Made by a program: the position numbers and the translations under genes. From positions 1 to 17,035 of the IMG/VR virus record IMGVR_UViG_2671180417_000010: DNA of 17,035 nucleotides; one strand, written 5' to 3'. The notes under the pieces are model-generated. The model did not search any database. It was given only the letters and a program-made list of their open reading frames with translations, and had not been told where the DNA came from. Shown one piece after another: positions 1 through 7,720 of the stretch (its first letter is position 1; each line of letters begins with the position of its first letter). The stretch is from a virus. Its lineage: Duplodnaviria; Heunggongvirae; Uroviricota; Caudoviricetes.

Positions 1-152
1 TACAACCCCGGACGGCAGAGCTCGCATGCTTTTTGGTTCCGGCTCCACCAGTATTCTGCCGTTATGGAATGCTGACATACATAACTTATTTCACATAACA
101 CGTTGATTTAATTAAATAATTTTCACCGCAAAAAGTGCCAAAAATCGCAAAA

Positions 153-185
153 TGACTACACCAGTGACTACACCGTTCGGTGCAC
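153..185. repeat. Left copy of terminal direct repeat (TGACTACACC x2 followed by GTTCGGTGCAC); candidate att junction
   Basis: 153..185 TGACTACACCAGTGACTACACCGTTCGGTGCAC against 15491..15523 TGACTACACCAGTGACTACACCGATCGTTGCAC: 31 of 33 identical, same orientation, about 15.3 kb apart. Confidence 0.4.
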
Positions 186-190
186 TGTAT

Positions 191-208
191 GAAACAACGT
201 GGAACAAA
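191..208 (+). promoter_or_regulatory. Two 10-bp-phased GAACAA-type units (GAAACAACGTGGAACAA) next to the left terminal repeat
   Basis: Same unit as the arrays at 7651..7680, 13911..13930, 14143..14188 and 15535..15554. Confidence 0.4.
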
Positions 209-286
209 TAGACACAAGAAATATACAGGCGGATCATCTTTCCAGGGGGAAGCGCACCAATTCATGAGGGGCGTTAATGTCGATAT

Positions 287-546
287 GGGGATCCCCACCT
301 ACCGGAATTTTTTTCCGGTTAAACGTTAATCAGGCTGGTGGGCTTTACCTGTTCGGTAGGTGTTATGATTATCGTAATACCTTTCCCCCAATGGGGTAAA
401 AGCATCAACCGTAACGAAAGTCGTTATGGTTGCCACTGATACCCCAAATTTGGGTATCACGAGTAAGCCCCAAAATCTGGGTGTTACTCTTACTACCCAA
501 ACTACGGGTAGTTTCCGTAGTTTCATGGTCGAGTTGCAGATCTGCA
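287..546. repeat. Cluster of palindromes in the non-coding left end: GGGGATCCCC (287..296), hairpin ACCGGAA-T5-TTCCGGT (301..319), CCCCAATGGGG (385..396), ACCCCAAATTTGGGT (442..455), CCCAAAATCTGGG (468..481), CCCAAACTACGGG (496..508), TTGCAGATCTGCAA (533..546)
   Basis: Read directly. Four related CCCAAA-N-TTTGGG half-site pairs spaced about 26-57 bp apart. The overlapping ORFs (86..298, 326..556, 426..686) have non-protein-like composition. Confidence 0.45.
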
Positions 547-804
547 ACTCCCCCATTAACCACAGGCGAATTTCCGCCTTCGGTCATTCCTTAATCATCT
601 GCGTAATCATAATGATTATTCAGCAAGCGCAATTTTGCGCTTTGCTTAAAGTTCAGCGAGTTACCGCGCCGACTTCCTCAAATTGAGGTTTCCGAAAATA
701 TCAGCGGGTTAGCGATTAAGCTGACCATTAATTAAACTGCGAAAATGTCGTAGTTGTGAGGGGTGTAGCCAACCCATTTTTGGGCCGTCGGGAATATCAA
801 CCAG

Positions 805-1086
805 TTACCGCCGCAACCGCTCCGGCTTCTTCCAGTGGTACGTTATTTTCTCCTTCTCCCGATACATCTCCACGCGGCGACGGTAGGCCAGCAACTCAAG
901 AACTCTGGTTCGTATGTTGCGCATATCCACGCCATTAAGTTCTATACCATCACGGCGCATCACCTCAGCAACAACACGCGCATAGTTTTCGGCTGTCACG
1001 CTGTCCGGCAGCGTGGCCTGTTCGTCAGCCTGCTGGCTGATTCCGGCAACGCGGCGGATTAATCCCGTTATTTCGGCTTCTGTCAT
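805..1086 (-). CDS. Hypothetical protein (93 aa) immediately downstream of terL
   Basis: ATG at 1084..1086 preceded by GAGGT. Starts 14 nt after the terL stop. Protein-like charged/amphipathic composition. No recognisable motif. Confidence 0.45.
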   Translation of the reverse strand: MTEAEITGLIRRVAGISQQADEQATLPDSVTAENYARVVAEVMRRDGIELNGVDMRNIRTRVLELLAYRRRVEMYREKEKITYHWKKPERLRR

Positions 1087-1099
1087 GCTGCTGACCTCA

Positions 1100-2761
1100 T
1101 TACACCCCGCTAAATTCTTCCAGTTTCTGGCGGTGGCTGTCGCTTATATCAAAAGCAAAATCCTCATGCTCTGCCTGGAATGTACCAAACGCCATCAGCG
1201 CCGCCACGCTCGGGTCTATCTTGTTCGGTGATTTTTTCTTGTTCGGCTTGATATTGGCGTTCGCGTCACTCTGCATCACGACGTTACTCATCGACCAGGA
1301 CAACACCGGATCGCCACGATGCACAATCACCCTGCGGTTAACAAAAACTTCGAACGATTTCGCCGCCGGACTGAATCTGAGGTAGGTTTGCGGGAACGGC
1401 TCCACCTCAAAACCTGCCCCCTGTAATTGCGTTCTGAGATGCGTGGCGTTCCACGTATCAAAGCCCACCAGCCTGATATTAAATTTCTCCGCGTCCTGCA
1501 TGATGTCATCTCTGATCCGGTCGTAATCAATGCAGTCGCCAGGCGTTGTGCGTATCCAGCCTGCTTTAGCCCACTGACGATAGATGGCGCGGTTTTTATT
1601 GGCGGGGTTCTGTAGCTGGAACTCCGGCAGATAATGACGGGAAACCAGCATAATGGTTTTACCTACCGGAAAGGCATAGCACACGCTGGAAATATCGCTT
1701 GTGGATGATAAATCCAGCCCCGCGTAACACTCCTGGCCGTGTAAATCTTCCTCTGTGAACGTTCCGGCACACTCAGCCCATGCGCCGTTACCCATCCACG
1801 GGGTAGCCCCCTGGCACCAGATATTAAATCGCTTTGTCATCATCTCCACCCACTGCGACGGAATACCCCGCGCTTTCTGGATGGTTGAGGCCAGTTTTTC
1901 ACGATCCACGGAAACATCAATATTAGGGTTCGCCTTTATCCACATCGCCGGATCATCAACCTCGTTTTCGTCGTCCAGTTCGTAAATCAGTACAAAAATT
2001 GAATCGTTGACCTCTTCGCCGTCCAGGATCTGGCAGCAATAATCATAGTGCTGCTTACAGGCTGAAACGACGTTACTGCCTGATGTGGTAATAGCAAATA
2101 ACAGCCCTTCGGGACGTGCGCCCATCCCCAGCTCAAGCGCGGAATAAACGCCGTTATCGGGGTGCAAGTGGTATTCGTCCACGATGGAAAGGCTGGGGTT
2201 TGTTCCCTCGATGGTTGCCGCTTTTGCTGCCAGCGGCTTTAACAGGCTGTTGCTTTTCGGGTGTATCACCTTATGCGCCTGAATATTCACCCGCCTGCGT
2301 AACGGTCGGGATAAAAGGCACATCTGACGCGCATCATCAAAGACGATCCGCGCCTGGTCACGGCTCACCGCTGCGGTGTAGATATCCTGCTGACCGTTCT
2401 CCATAATCAGAAACCAGTTAGCCAGAATCGCGGCGGTCGTTGATTTCGCATTTTTGCGCGGCACTTCGATAAAGGCGCTCGTATATTTGCGCCGTCCGGT
2501 GGCCTTAACCTTAAAGCCGAGAATGCACGCAAAGGCGAACTGCTGCCACGGCTCCAGCTCAATGGGTCTGCCACGCATCGGCCCTTTTACGTGCGGGCAC
2601 ACCCTGGAAAAGGCAATAAACCGATCCACAACCTCACGATCGAACGTGTAAAGGGGGCTTTTAAGGTCCGAAAAGTACCGTTTAACGGCCTGTTTCAGCC
2701 GTTTACAGGCCGGAATTTTGCCCGTTTTTACGTCTTCTGCGTACTTATTCCAGGCGGTCAA
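1100..2761 (-). CDS. terL: Terminase large subunit (HK97-type)
   Basis: 553-aa ORF. The ORF-track start at 2761 is a TTG preceded by GAGGA; the next in-frame Met is residue 62. N-terminus MTAWNKYAEDVKTGKIPACKRLKQAVKRYF and overall length are typical of phage large terminases. Overlaps terS by 17 nt. Confidence 0.85.
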   Translation of the reverse strand: MTAWNKYAEDVKTGKIPACKRLKQAVKRYFSDLKSPLYTFDREVVDRFIAFSRVCPHVKGPMRGRPIELEPWQQFAFACILGFKVKATGRRKYTSAFIEVPRKNAKSTTAAILANWFLIMENGQQDIYTAAVSRDQARIVFDDARQMCLLSRPLRRRVNIQAHKVIHPKSNSLLKPLAAKAATIEGTNPSLSIVDEYHLHPDNGVYSALELGMGARPEGLLFAITTSGSNVVSACKQHYDYCCQILDGEEVNDSIFVLIYELDDENEVDDPAMWIKANPNIDVSVDREKLASTIQKARGIPSQWVEMMTKRFNIWCQGATPWMGNGAWAECAGTFTEEDLHGQECYAGLDLSSTSDISSVCYAFPVGKTIMLVSRHYLPEFQLQNPANKNRAIYRQWAKAGWIRTTPGDCIDYDRIRDDIMQDAEKFNIRLVGFDTWNATHLRTQLQGAGFEVEPFPQTYLRFSPAAKSFEVFVNRRVIVHRGDPVLSWSMSNVVMQSDANANIKPNKKKSPNKIDPSVAALMAFGTFQAEHEDFAFDISDSHRQKLEEFSGV

Positions 2762-3101
2762 GCTCGTCCTCTTCTTCTGTTTCCGGTGGATTTTTACGGC
2801 GGCTTATCGGGTCAAAACCGAGCAAGGAGGCCATTTTTATCATCACTCTTTCCGCGTCGGATTTCGCGCTTAATGCGGGGTTTCTGCTCTCTCCGCCCTG
2901 ACTGTTAACAATGCTGAACCCGCGCGCCGCAAGGTCTGCGACGGCTTTCCGGTATATCGAGTAATTGACGCAATACAGTTCCAGATTGCTCCAGTCGGCG
3001 GGAGTCAGGTCACCCCGTTCCGCAAGCTGCCGCGATTTTTCCCGCCACTGCTTCACGGCGATATCATCCAGGTAGGCGGGGGCTTTCGGTGGTCTTGCCA
3101 T
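2745..3101 (-). CDS. terS: Terminase small subunit (P27-family-like)
   Basis: 118 aa, ATG at 3099..3101. Sequence LDDIAVKQWREKSRQLAERGDLTPADWSNLELYCVNYSIYRKAVADL...LLGFDPISRRK matches the conserved pattern of P27-type small terminases. Sits directly upstream of and overlapping terL. Confidence 0.8.
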   Translation of the reverse strand: MARPPKAPAYLDDIAVKQWREKSRQLAERGDLTPADWSNLELYCVNYSIYRKAVADLAARGFSIVNSQGGESRNPALSAKSDAERVMIKMASLLGFDPISRRKNPPETEEEDELDRLE

Positions 3102-3389
3102 ACTTATTTTTTCGCCAGATTATTTTTCAAAAAATTCCCGTGCATAAAAATTTGAGGAGGCGGTCGGTGCCCGGCGGGGTCGGGTTTGTCCTGAAAACGC
3201 CCCCCACCCCGTCATACAGCCTCATCAGCGATTGCGGAAACATTCCATAACCTCGCGGTCACGGTCGGTTAATCGCTTCGCTGTGATGCGTTCTGCGCGT
3301 CCTGACGCTTTATCTTTATGCCCTGTTTCCTGTGTCTTCATGCGTCACGCTGCCTTATAAGTCCACGGATAAGGCGGTTTTGTTCCCGC
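3102..3389. other. HNH-terS intergenic region; candidate cos site
   Basis: 288-bp non-coding gap with a GC-rich segment (GGAGGCGGTCGGTGCCCGGCGGGGTCGGG) and repeated GGTCGG/CGGTC motifs. In HK97-type cos phages the cohesive-end site lies between the HNH gene and terS. The exact cos position is not determinable from sequence. Confidence 0.3.
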
Positions 3390-3830
3390 TCATTCATCAG
3401 CGTCATACATCCAGTTATTGCGGTTAGCGGCCCGTTCTTCCTCTTCACGAAATCCACCTGCGGCACGCTTGCTTTTTGTTGCCGGATCAAGCCATTTCGT
3501 TTTCTGGTTATGACACGCCTGACACAATGGTTGATGGTTCCATTCGGGCCAGAAGAGAACATCATCACCGCCATTAATCGGGATAATGTGATCCACCACC
3601 ACGGCGGGCGTATATATCCCCTTCTCAAGGCATCGCACGCATAACGGGTTTTTACTCAGATACATGGCGCGGTATTTGTCCCACTGTCTGGAGTACCCAC
3701 GCGCGCGGCGGTGTCCTCGTCTGGCATCCTCTGCACGCCATGCCGCCCGCCTGTGCTCCTCACACTTGCCGGATTTAACGCGCCTGTTACAGCCTGGTTC
3801 TGTGCATCGTCTTAATGGTTGCCACGGCAT
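3390..3830 (-). CDS. HNH endonuclease (packaging-associated)
   Basis: 146 aa. N-terminal Cys cluster (CTEPGCNRRVKSGKCEEH) and HNH core VDHIIPINGGDDV...CQACHNQKT. Start ATG overlaps the connector stop (TAATG-type junction). Confidence 0.85.
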   Translation of the reverse strand: MPWQPLRRCTEPGCNRRVKSGKCEEHRRAAWRAEDARRGHRRARGYSRQWDKYRAMYLSKNPLCVRCLEKGIYTPAVVVDHIIPINGGDDVLFWPEWNHQPLCQACHNQKTKWLDPATKSKRAAGGFREEEERAANRNNWMYDADE

Positions 3831-4126
3831 CAGTACACCCCCACATCACGGTAAGCCGTCCAGAGCGCGCCAATCGTCATGGGTACGCGCGTTTTTGCGT
3901 TATCCGCTACCAGCTGGCGATTCTCGTACAGGTGAGCGATAAACATCATGCAGCCAATCTTTATGGCTGGCGTGAACTCCAGCCCGTCATCAAAGCGCCT
4001 GCCTATATGTATCTGGCACGCCTCAAGCGATGCGGCAATGTATCCGCTGATTAACTGGTCTTCCTCGTCGCCATCGATGCGGCAATGGAGTTTCACTTCT
4101 TCCAGGGTGATAAGTTCTTCTGTCAT
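3830..4126 (-). CDS. Head-tail connector protein (phage gp6-like)
   Basis: 98 aa. N-terminus MTEELITLEEVKLHCRIDGDEEDQLISGYIAASLEACQ matches the characteristic gp6-like opening (LxxAKxHLRIDxDxDDxLI). ATGA overlap with the upstream gene. Confidence 0.7.
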   Translation of the reverse strand: MTEELITLEEVKLHCRIDGDEEDQLISGYIAASLEACQIHIGRRFDDGLEFTPAIKIGCMMFIAHLYENRQLVADNAKTRVPMTIGALWTAYRDVGVY

Positions 4127-4461
4127 TTTTCCGCGCCCTCACGACAAAGAATTTCAAGGCGTGTCCTGGCGGCATCCGGCAGCGGCTGCCCGATGATATT
4201 CAGTACACGCCCCGCCAGCGGCCCCGTATTGACCTTTATCCGGCTGGTGGCGTTGATGTCCTTCCTGTAGCGTATCCATATCCTTACCGTTCCAGTCGCC
4301 AGTTCTGCACCCGATGAAATGGCCTCCTTGCTGCTGATCATGTTCACGCTTGCCCAGAGTGTGTGACCGTCCACCCACGTTTCGAGTATTTCGCCGGTTA
4401 TATCCCTGGTCTGTTTCAGGGTCTGAATCGTTACCCTGTCACGCAGTCGCCCTATGTTCAT
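4123..4461 (-). CDS. Head closure / head-tail joining protein
   Basis: Start set at ATG 4459..4461 (MNIGRLRDRVTIQ...), which forms an ATGA overlap with the portal stop and has GAGGGAG upstream. The ORF-track start at 4503 would overlap portal by 46 nt. Motifs RDRVTIQ, GEILETW, WASV..., IRYRKDI, LEILCRE resemble the head-tail joining family. Confidence 0.7.
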   Translation of the reverse strand: MNIGRLRDRVTIQTLKQTRDITGEILETWVDGHTLWASVNMISSKEAISSGAELATGTVRIWIRYRKDINATSRIKVNTGPLAGRVLNIIGQPLPDAARTRLEILCREGAEK

Positions 4462-5669
4462 TCCGGTTTTTCTCCCTCGCTGATTTTTACTTCCTGTTTC
4501 CATGCCTGGCTGAACTCATCACCACCATCACGCGGGGACAGCCCTTCACGTTCGCGGGCTTCGTTCGGGCACATAACGCCGGATTTGATGCCGCGTTCAT
4601 AGGTGGCAAAGCGTTCGCCAGGTGTGGCCCGTAACAGGTCCGCGCTGTCAAACTCCACCTGATACCGGATACCAGGTACAGGCGAGGCCACCAGCAGGGC
4701 GTTTTTTATCTGCTGCTCAAAGTTCGCCAGCCACGGGCGCATCGTCATGGTGAGAAATGCGCGGCTTGCCTCGCTGAAATTGCTGTAGGTGCTGTTGCTG
4801 TATTCCTGCAAAAAAATCGGCGAGACGTTGAACATTCGGGCGATGTCTTCAATGGTGAAGCGACGGGAGGCCAGCCATTCAGCATCCTGATTACTCATGC
4901 CCAGCTGCTGATAGCTCATACCCCCTTCAAGGATGGGCGTTTTTCCGGCGTTTCTGGCCCCTTTGTAGCGTTCCAGTGCGGCTAATGCCTGTTTACCCTT
5001 CACGCCGTCCAGCCACTCGCCTGACGTGATAACCCCTGCCGCCATCATGCCATCACGCATCACGCTCGCGCCGTGGCGTTGTTGGGCCAGCCCAAGCCCC
5101 AGCGATTCGCGGCAGATGGTTACAGGTGAGCGCCCCATAAAACCGTCATCCGTGGAGTAACGAAGGTGGAGAACCTCCCACGGTAAATAGTTGCGGGTGT
5201 TTCCGGTGTAGGCGTCAGTGATGCAGTAGCGCCAGTTATGCTCACCTGTCTGCTCCACGTTCACCGACTGCGGCGGGTAAGGATGTAAAGCCACCGGAAA
5301 ACCATCACGCCCCCACTGAATCACCGCATAAGCATTACCGTTTAACAGGCAGTGGCGGATCATCATTCGCTTAAACTGGTAGGGGGTTTGCCATGCGTTC
5401 GGGCGCTCGTTGAGGATGTGATCGACCGGATGAGAATCAAGCCACTCTCGGGCCTCCTTCCCCTTCTCATTGCGTACCAGGTACAGGTAACACGGCATGG
5501 TAGCCACCGCCTCAGAGATGACCGTGACGGCGTTCATGACGGCGGGCAGTGATTCCGCTGTCCCCGATGATACGTACTCACCCGCCCCCGTGTTCGATGT
5601 GCCAGCCAGCGCCATAAACTCATCAAGCGTCATGCTGCGCTGCTCTTTTTTTCTTCTGAAAGGCCACAT
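4458..5669 (-). CDS. Portal protein (HK97 family-like)
   Basis: 403 aa. ATG at 5667..5669 preceded by GGGGG, one nt after the protease stop. Size and sequence character typical of HK97-type portals; acidic C-terminus. Confidence 0.8.
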   Translation of the reverse strand: MWPFRRKKEQRSMTLDEFMALAGTSNTGAGEYVSSGTAESLPAVMNAVTVISEAVATMPCYLYLVRNEKGKEAREWLDSHPVDHILNERPNAWQTPYQFKRMMIRHCLLNGNAYAVIQWGRDGFPVALHPYPPQSVNVEQTGEHNWRYCITDAYTGNTRNYLPWEVLHLRYSTDDGFMGRSPVTICRESLGLGLAQQRHGASVMRDGMMAAGVITSGEWLDGVKGKQALAALERYKGARNAGKTPILEGGMSYQQLGMSNQDAEWLASRRFTIEDIARMFNVSPIFLQEYSNSTYSNFSEASRAFLTMTMRPWLANFEQQIKNALLVASPVPGIRYQVEFDSADLLRATPGERFATYERGIKSGVMCPNEAREREGLSPRDGGDEFSQAWKQEVKISEGEKPE

Positions 5670-5670
5670 A

Positions 5671-6228
5671 TCACACCCCCGCTAAATCCGCCCACCAGCG
5701 GCGATTATCCGCACGAGGCATTTTTTCAGGGTGCTGCTCATACAGGGAACGGCGGGCCAGCTCCACGCCGGAATCAGGGTAAGCCGGTACGGATGTCACG
5801 GTAATTTCGTACAGTTCCGCTATCAGTACAGTACGCACACATGGATCGACTGTCGTATCCCATACATCCTTACGGGAACGAAAGCCAAAGCTCATGCCCG
5901 AGATGTCACCACGTTTAACCAGTTCGATAACGTCCCGCCCTGTGCTGGTATCCGGTGGGATCAGTTCAAAACGTAACCCTGTGTCATCCTCTTCCAGTCT
6001 CAGCGTACCGGAACGGGTGCGCCCCAGTAACATGCTGTGGTCATGCTCATACAGGCCGCGAACGTCATTACCCACCGCAAGCCATTCAGTAAACGCCCCC
6101 CGCTGGAATTTTTCGTAAAATTCGCCCCATAACAGTTCTGAAAGGTTATCCCAGCGAACAACGTAGCCCGTAAGCGTGTTGCTGCCGCTGGTGGTGATTT
6201 CCGATGACCGGATTTCCATACTCATCAT
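5671..6228 (-). CDS. Prohead maturation protease (HK97 / peptidase S78-like)
   Basis: 185 aa. ATG at 6226..6228 with AGGTGA upstream. Motifs GYVVRWD, YEHDHSMLLGRT and GDISGMSFGF resemble the HK97 prohead protease His/Ser region. Confidence 0.75.
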   Translation of the reverse strand: MMSMEIRSSEITTSGSNTLTGYVVRWDNLSELLWGEFYEKFQRGAFTEWLAVGNDVRGLYEHDHSMLLGRTRSGTLRLEEDDTGLRFELIPPDTSTGRDVIELVKRGDISGMSFGFRSRKDVWDTTVDPCVRTVLIAELYEITVTSVPAYPDSGVELARRSLYEQHPEKMPRADNRRWWADLAGV

Positions 6229-6282
6229 AATTTTTTCACCTGTAAAACAGAGAAGGGGCTTTTTAGCCCCTTCGGTGTGCTG

Positions 6283-7440
6283 TTAATCGTCGTCCTGCGG
6301 CAGTTCCAGAATCTTTATAGCGTTCGAATCCACCACGCCACCGCCTAAATATTTCTGCGTGAAAATTTTGATAAAGCCCGGCTCTGTCAGGTTGTCCGGT
6401 CTGGTGCGCACGCCCGTTTCATGATCAACGATGTAATAACCGCGTTTGAAGTCACCCAGGGCGATAACGTTATCCGGCATAAATTCCAGATACTCCACCG
6501 GAAGCCCCAGCAACGTATCAGGATCACCCGCCTGTAAACGGTCGCGCCAGATGTAATCGCCGTTCGCGTTCTTCACCTTCTGAAGTTTTGCCGCCGTCGT
6601 GGAGTTAACCACCCAGACCGCGTTTTTGCGGTATTTTTTACGTAATGCAAATTTCAGGTCGATCAGCGGGTCCGCAGATGTCCACGCCAGAGATTCGGAA
6701 GGTTTAATTACCTGCAACGTACCAAAATCACGCTCTTTGTCGTTCTTCTCTGCACGGGGTACGGATAAAAAACCTTTTGCTTTTTTGTCACCGTCGCCCA
6801 CAACCAGATCGCTTTCTTCGGTTTCCGTGAAGGTGTCGCCAATCTCACCCGTCAGCCATGAAAGGATGTCCACATCGGAAAAATCCACGATTTCCTGTGT
6901 GGTGCGCGGGTACGCATAGACCGGATACAGCTTAATGCTCACCTCGTTAATCTGCGGGGTGCTGGTCTGTTCGCGTGCCTTACCCTCTTCACCGTGGTTA
7001 ACGGTCGCACCGCCAGCGGAAACAAGCTGCTTAAACTCGTTGCTGCTGATTTTCTTCACGGTACAGATGCGGCGCATGGTGGATTCATCCGCCAGCATTC
7101 GCATGATTTCGGTGTTCAGTTCAGGGATAACGGTATAACCACCATCAGCGGGAACGCCTGTACTTAATGCGCGGGTTTCACCGGTCAGAATGTAGTTGCG
7201 TAGTTCTGCGGGGTCAGTGGTCTGGCTGCTTTTACCTGGCTTGCTGCGCTCTTCGTCTGCAATGGCTTCAAGGCGGGAAATGTCTTTATCGAGGGATTCA
7301 GCTTTAGCGCGTAATTCGTCAAATTTTGCGCCCTCAGCATCGTTAAGACTGCGGTTTTCTTTTTCCGCGTTCTCCAGCATGTCGCGCATCTGATTTTTAA
7401 TGGCGGTTTTCTGCTGGCGTAATTCGATTATTCTCGGCAT
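6283..7440 (-). CDS. Major capsid protein (HK97 fold) with N-terminal delta/scaffold-like domain
   Basis: The ORF-track start at 7488 is a GTG lying inside an upstream hairpin. The first ATG is at 7438..7440 (MPRIIELRQQ...) with AGGA 8 nt upstream. N-terminal coiled-coil (IIELRQQKTAIKNQMRDMLENAEKENRSLNDAEGAKFDELRAKAESLDKDISRLEAI) plus C-terminal LLGLPVEYLEFMPD region typical of HK97-type capsid proteins. Confidence 0.8.
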   Translation of the reverse strand: MPRIIELRQQKTAIKNQMRDMLENAEKENRSLNDAEGAKFDELRAKAESLDKDISRLEAIADEERSKPGKSSQTTDPAELRNYILTGETRALSTGVPADGGYTVIPELNTEIMRMLADESTMRRICTVKKISSNEFKQLVSAGGATVNHGEEGKAREQTSTPQINEVSIKLYPVYAYPRTTQEIVDFSDVDILSWLTGEIGDTFTETEESDLVVGDGDKKAKGFLSVPRAEKNDKERDFGTLQVIKPSESLAWTSADPLIDLKFALRKKYRKNAVWVVNSTTAAKLQKVKNANGDYIWRDRLQAGDPDTLLGLPVEYLEFMPDNVIALGDFKRGYYIVDHETGVRTRPDNLTEPGFIKIFTQKYLGGGVVDSNAIKILELPQDDD

Positions 7441-7477
7441 AAAAAAAGTCCTGGGATTAAGTAAGGAACTCCAGGAC
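7441..7477 (-). promoter_or_regulatory. Hairpin plus U7 immediately upstream of the capsid start codon; the stem includes the capsid SD
   Basis: Minus strand reads GTCCTGG-(16 nt loop)-CCAGGAC-TTTTTTT-ATG. The 3' stem half CCAGGAC contains the AGGA Shine-Dalgarno. Seen directly. Confidence 0.45.
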
Positions 7478-7531
7478 GCGGCAAACACTCAACCGTTTTT
7501 CATAAGGAAATCAGCAATCGCACCGATCGTT

Positions 7532-7577
7532 TTCCCGCCTGGTAATGAATATTGGCGAGCACATTAACAGGCGGGAA
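7532..7577. promoter_or_regulatory. 16-bp imperfect inverted repeat (TTCCCGCCTGGTAATG / CATTAACAGGCGGGAA) with 14-bp spacer in the capsid-operon leader
   Basis: Arms at 7532..7547 and 7562..7577, one mismatch. Either a dimeric-regulator operator or a long RNA stem in the late leader. Confidence 0.45.
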
Positions 7578-7650
7578 AGTGGCCCCAGCGTCCTGGCACC
7601 ACGGGCGAGAATACTCATGATTCAGTTCGGGTAAAATATGCCGATCCTGT

Positions 7651-7680
7651 CAGTGAACAACGTGGAACAACCACGAACAA
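7651..7680 (+). promoter_or_regulatory. Three perfect 10-bp-phased GAACAA units (cagtGAACAA cgtgGAACAA ccacGAACAA); candidate activator-binding array for the capsid/late operon
   Basis: Read directly. Located just downstream (in the transcription direction) of the early-operon terminator and about 210 bp upstream of the capsid start. Confidence 0.5.
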
Positions 7681-7689
7681 ATAATTTAC

Positions 7690-7720
7690 AAAAAATGACA
7701 AAAAGCCGGATTTCTCCGGC
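7690..7720 (-). terminator. Rho-independent terminator after the PerC-like gene
   Basis: Minus strand reads GCCGGAGAAATCCGGC (6-bp GC stem, 4-nt loop) followed by TTTTTGTCATTTTTTGT. Hairpin 7705..7720 starts 8 nt after the stop at 7728. Confidence 0.65.

Noticed and set aside
86-686. ORFs 86..298, 326..556 and 426..686 in the left-end non-coding region
   Set aside because: No SD, implausible composition, and the region is dominated by palindromes; treated as non-coding.
4154-4378. ORFs overlapping structural genes in other frames (4154..4378, 3948..4196, 5352..5552, 5894..6118, 6599..6919, 7196..7393)
   Set aside because: Each is embedded in a longer frame that has recognisable structural-protein motifs and translational coupling; compositions are Ser/Arg/Pro-biased.
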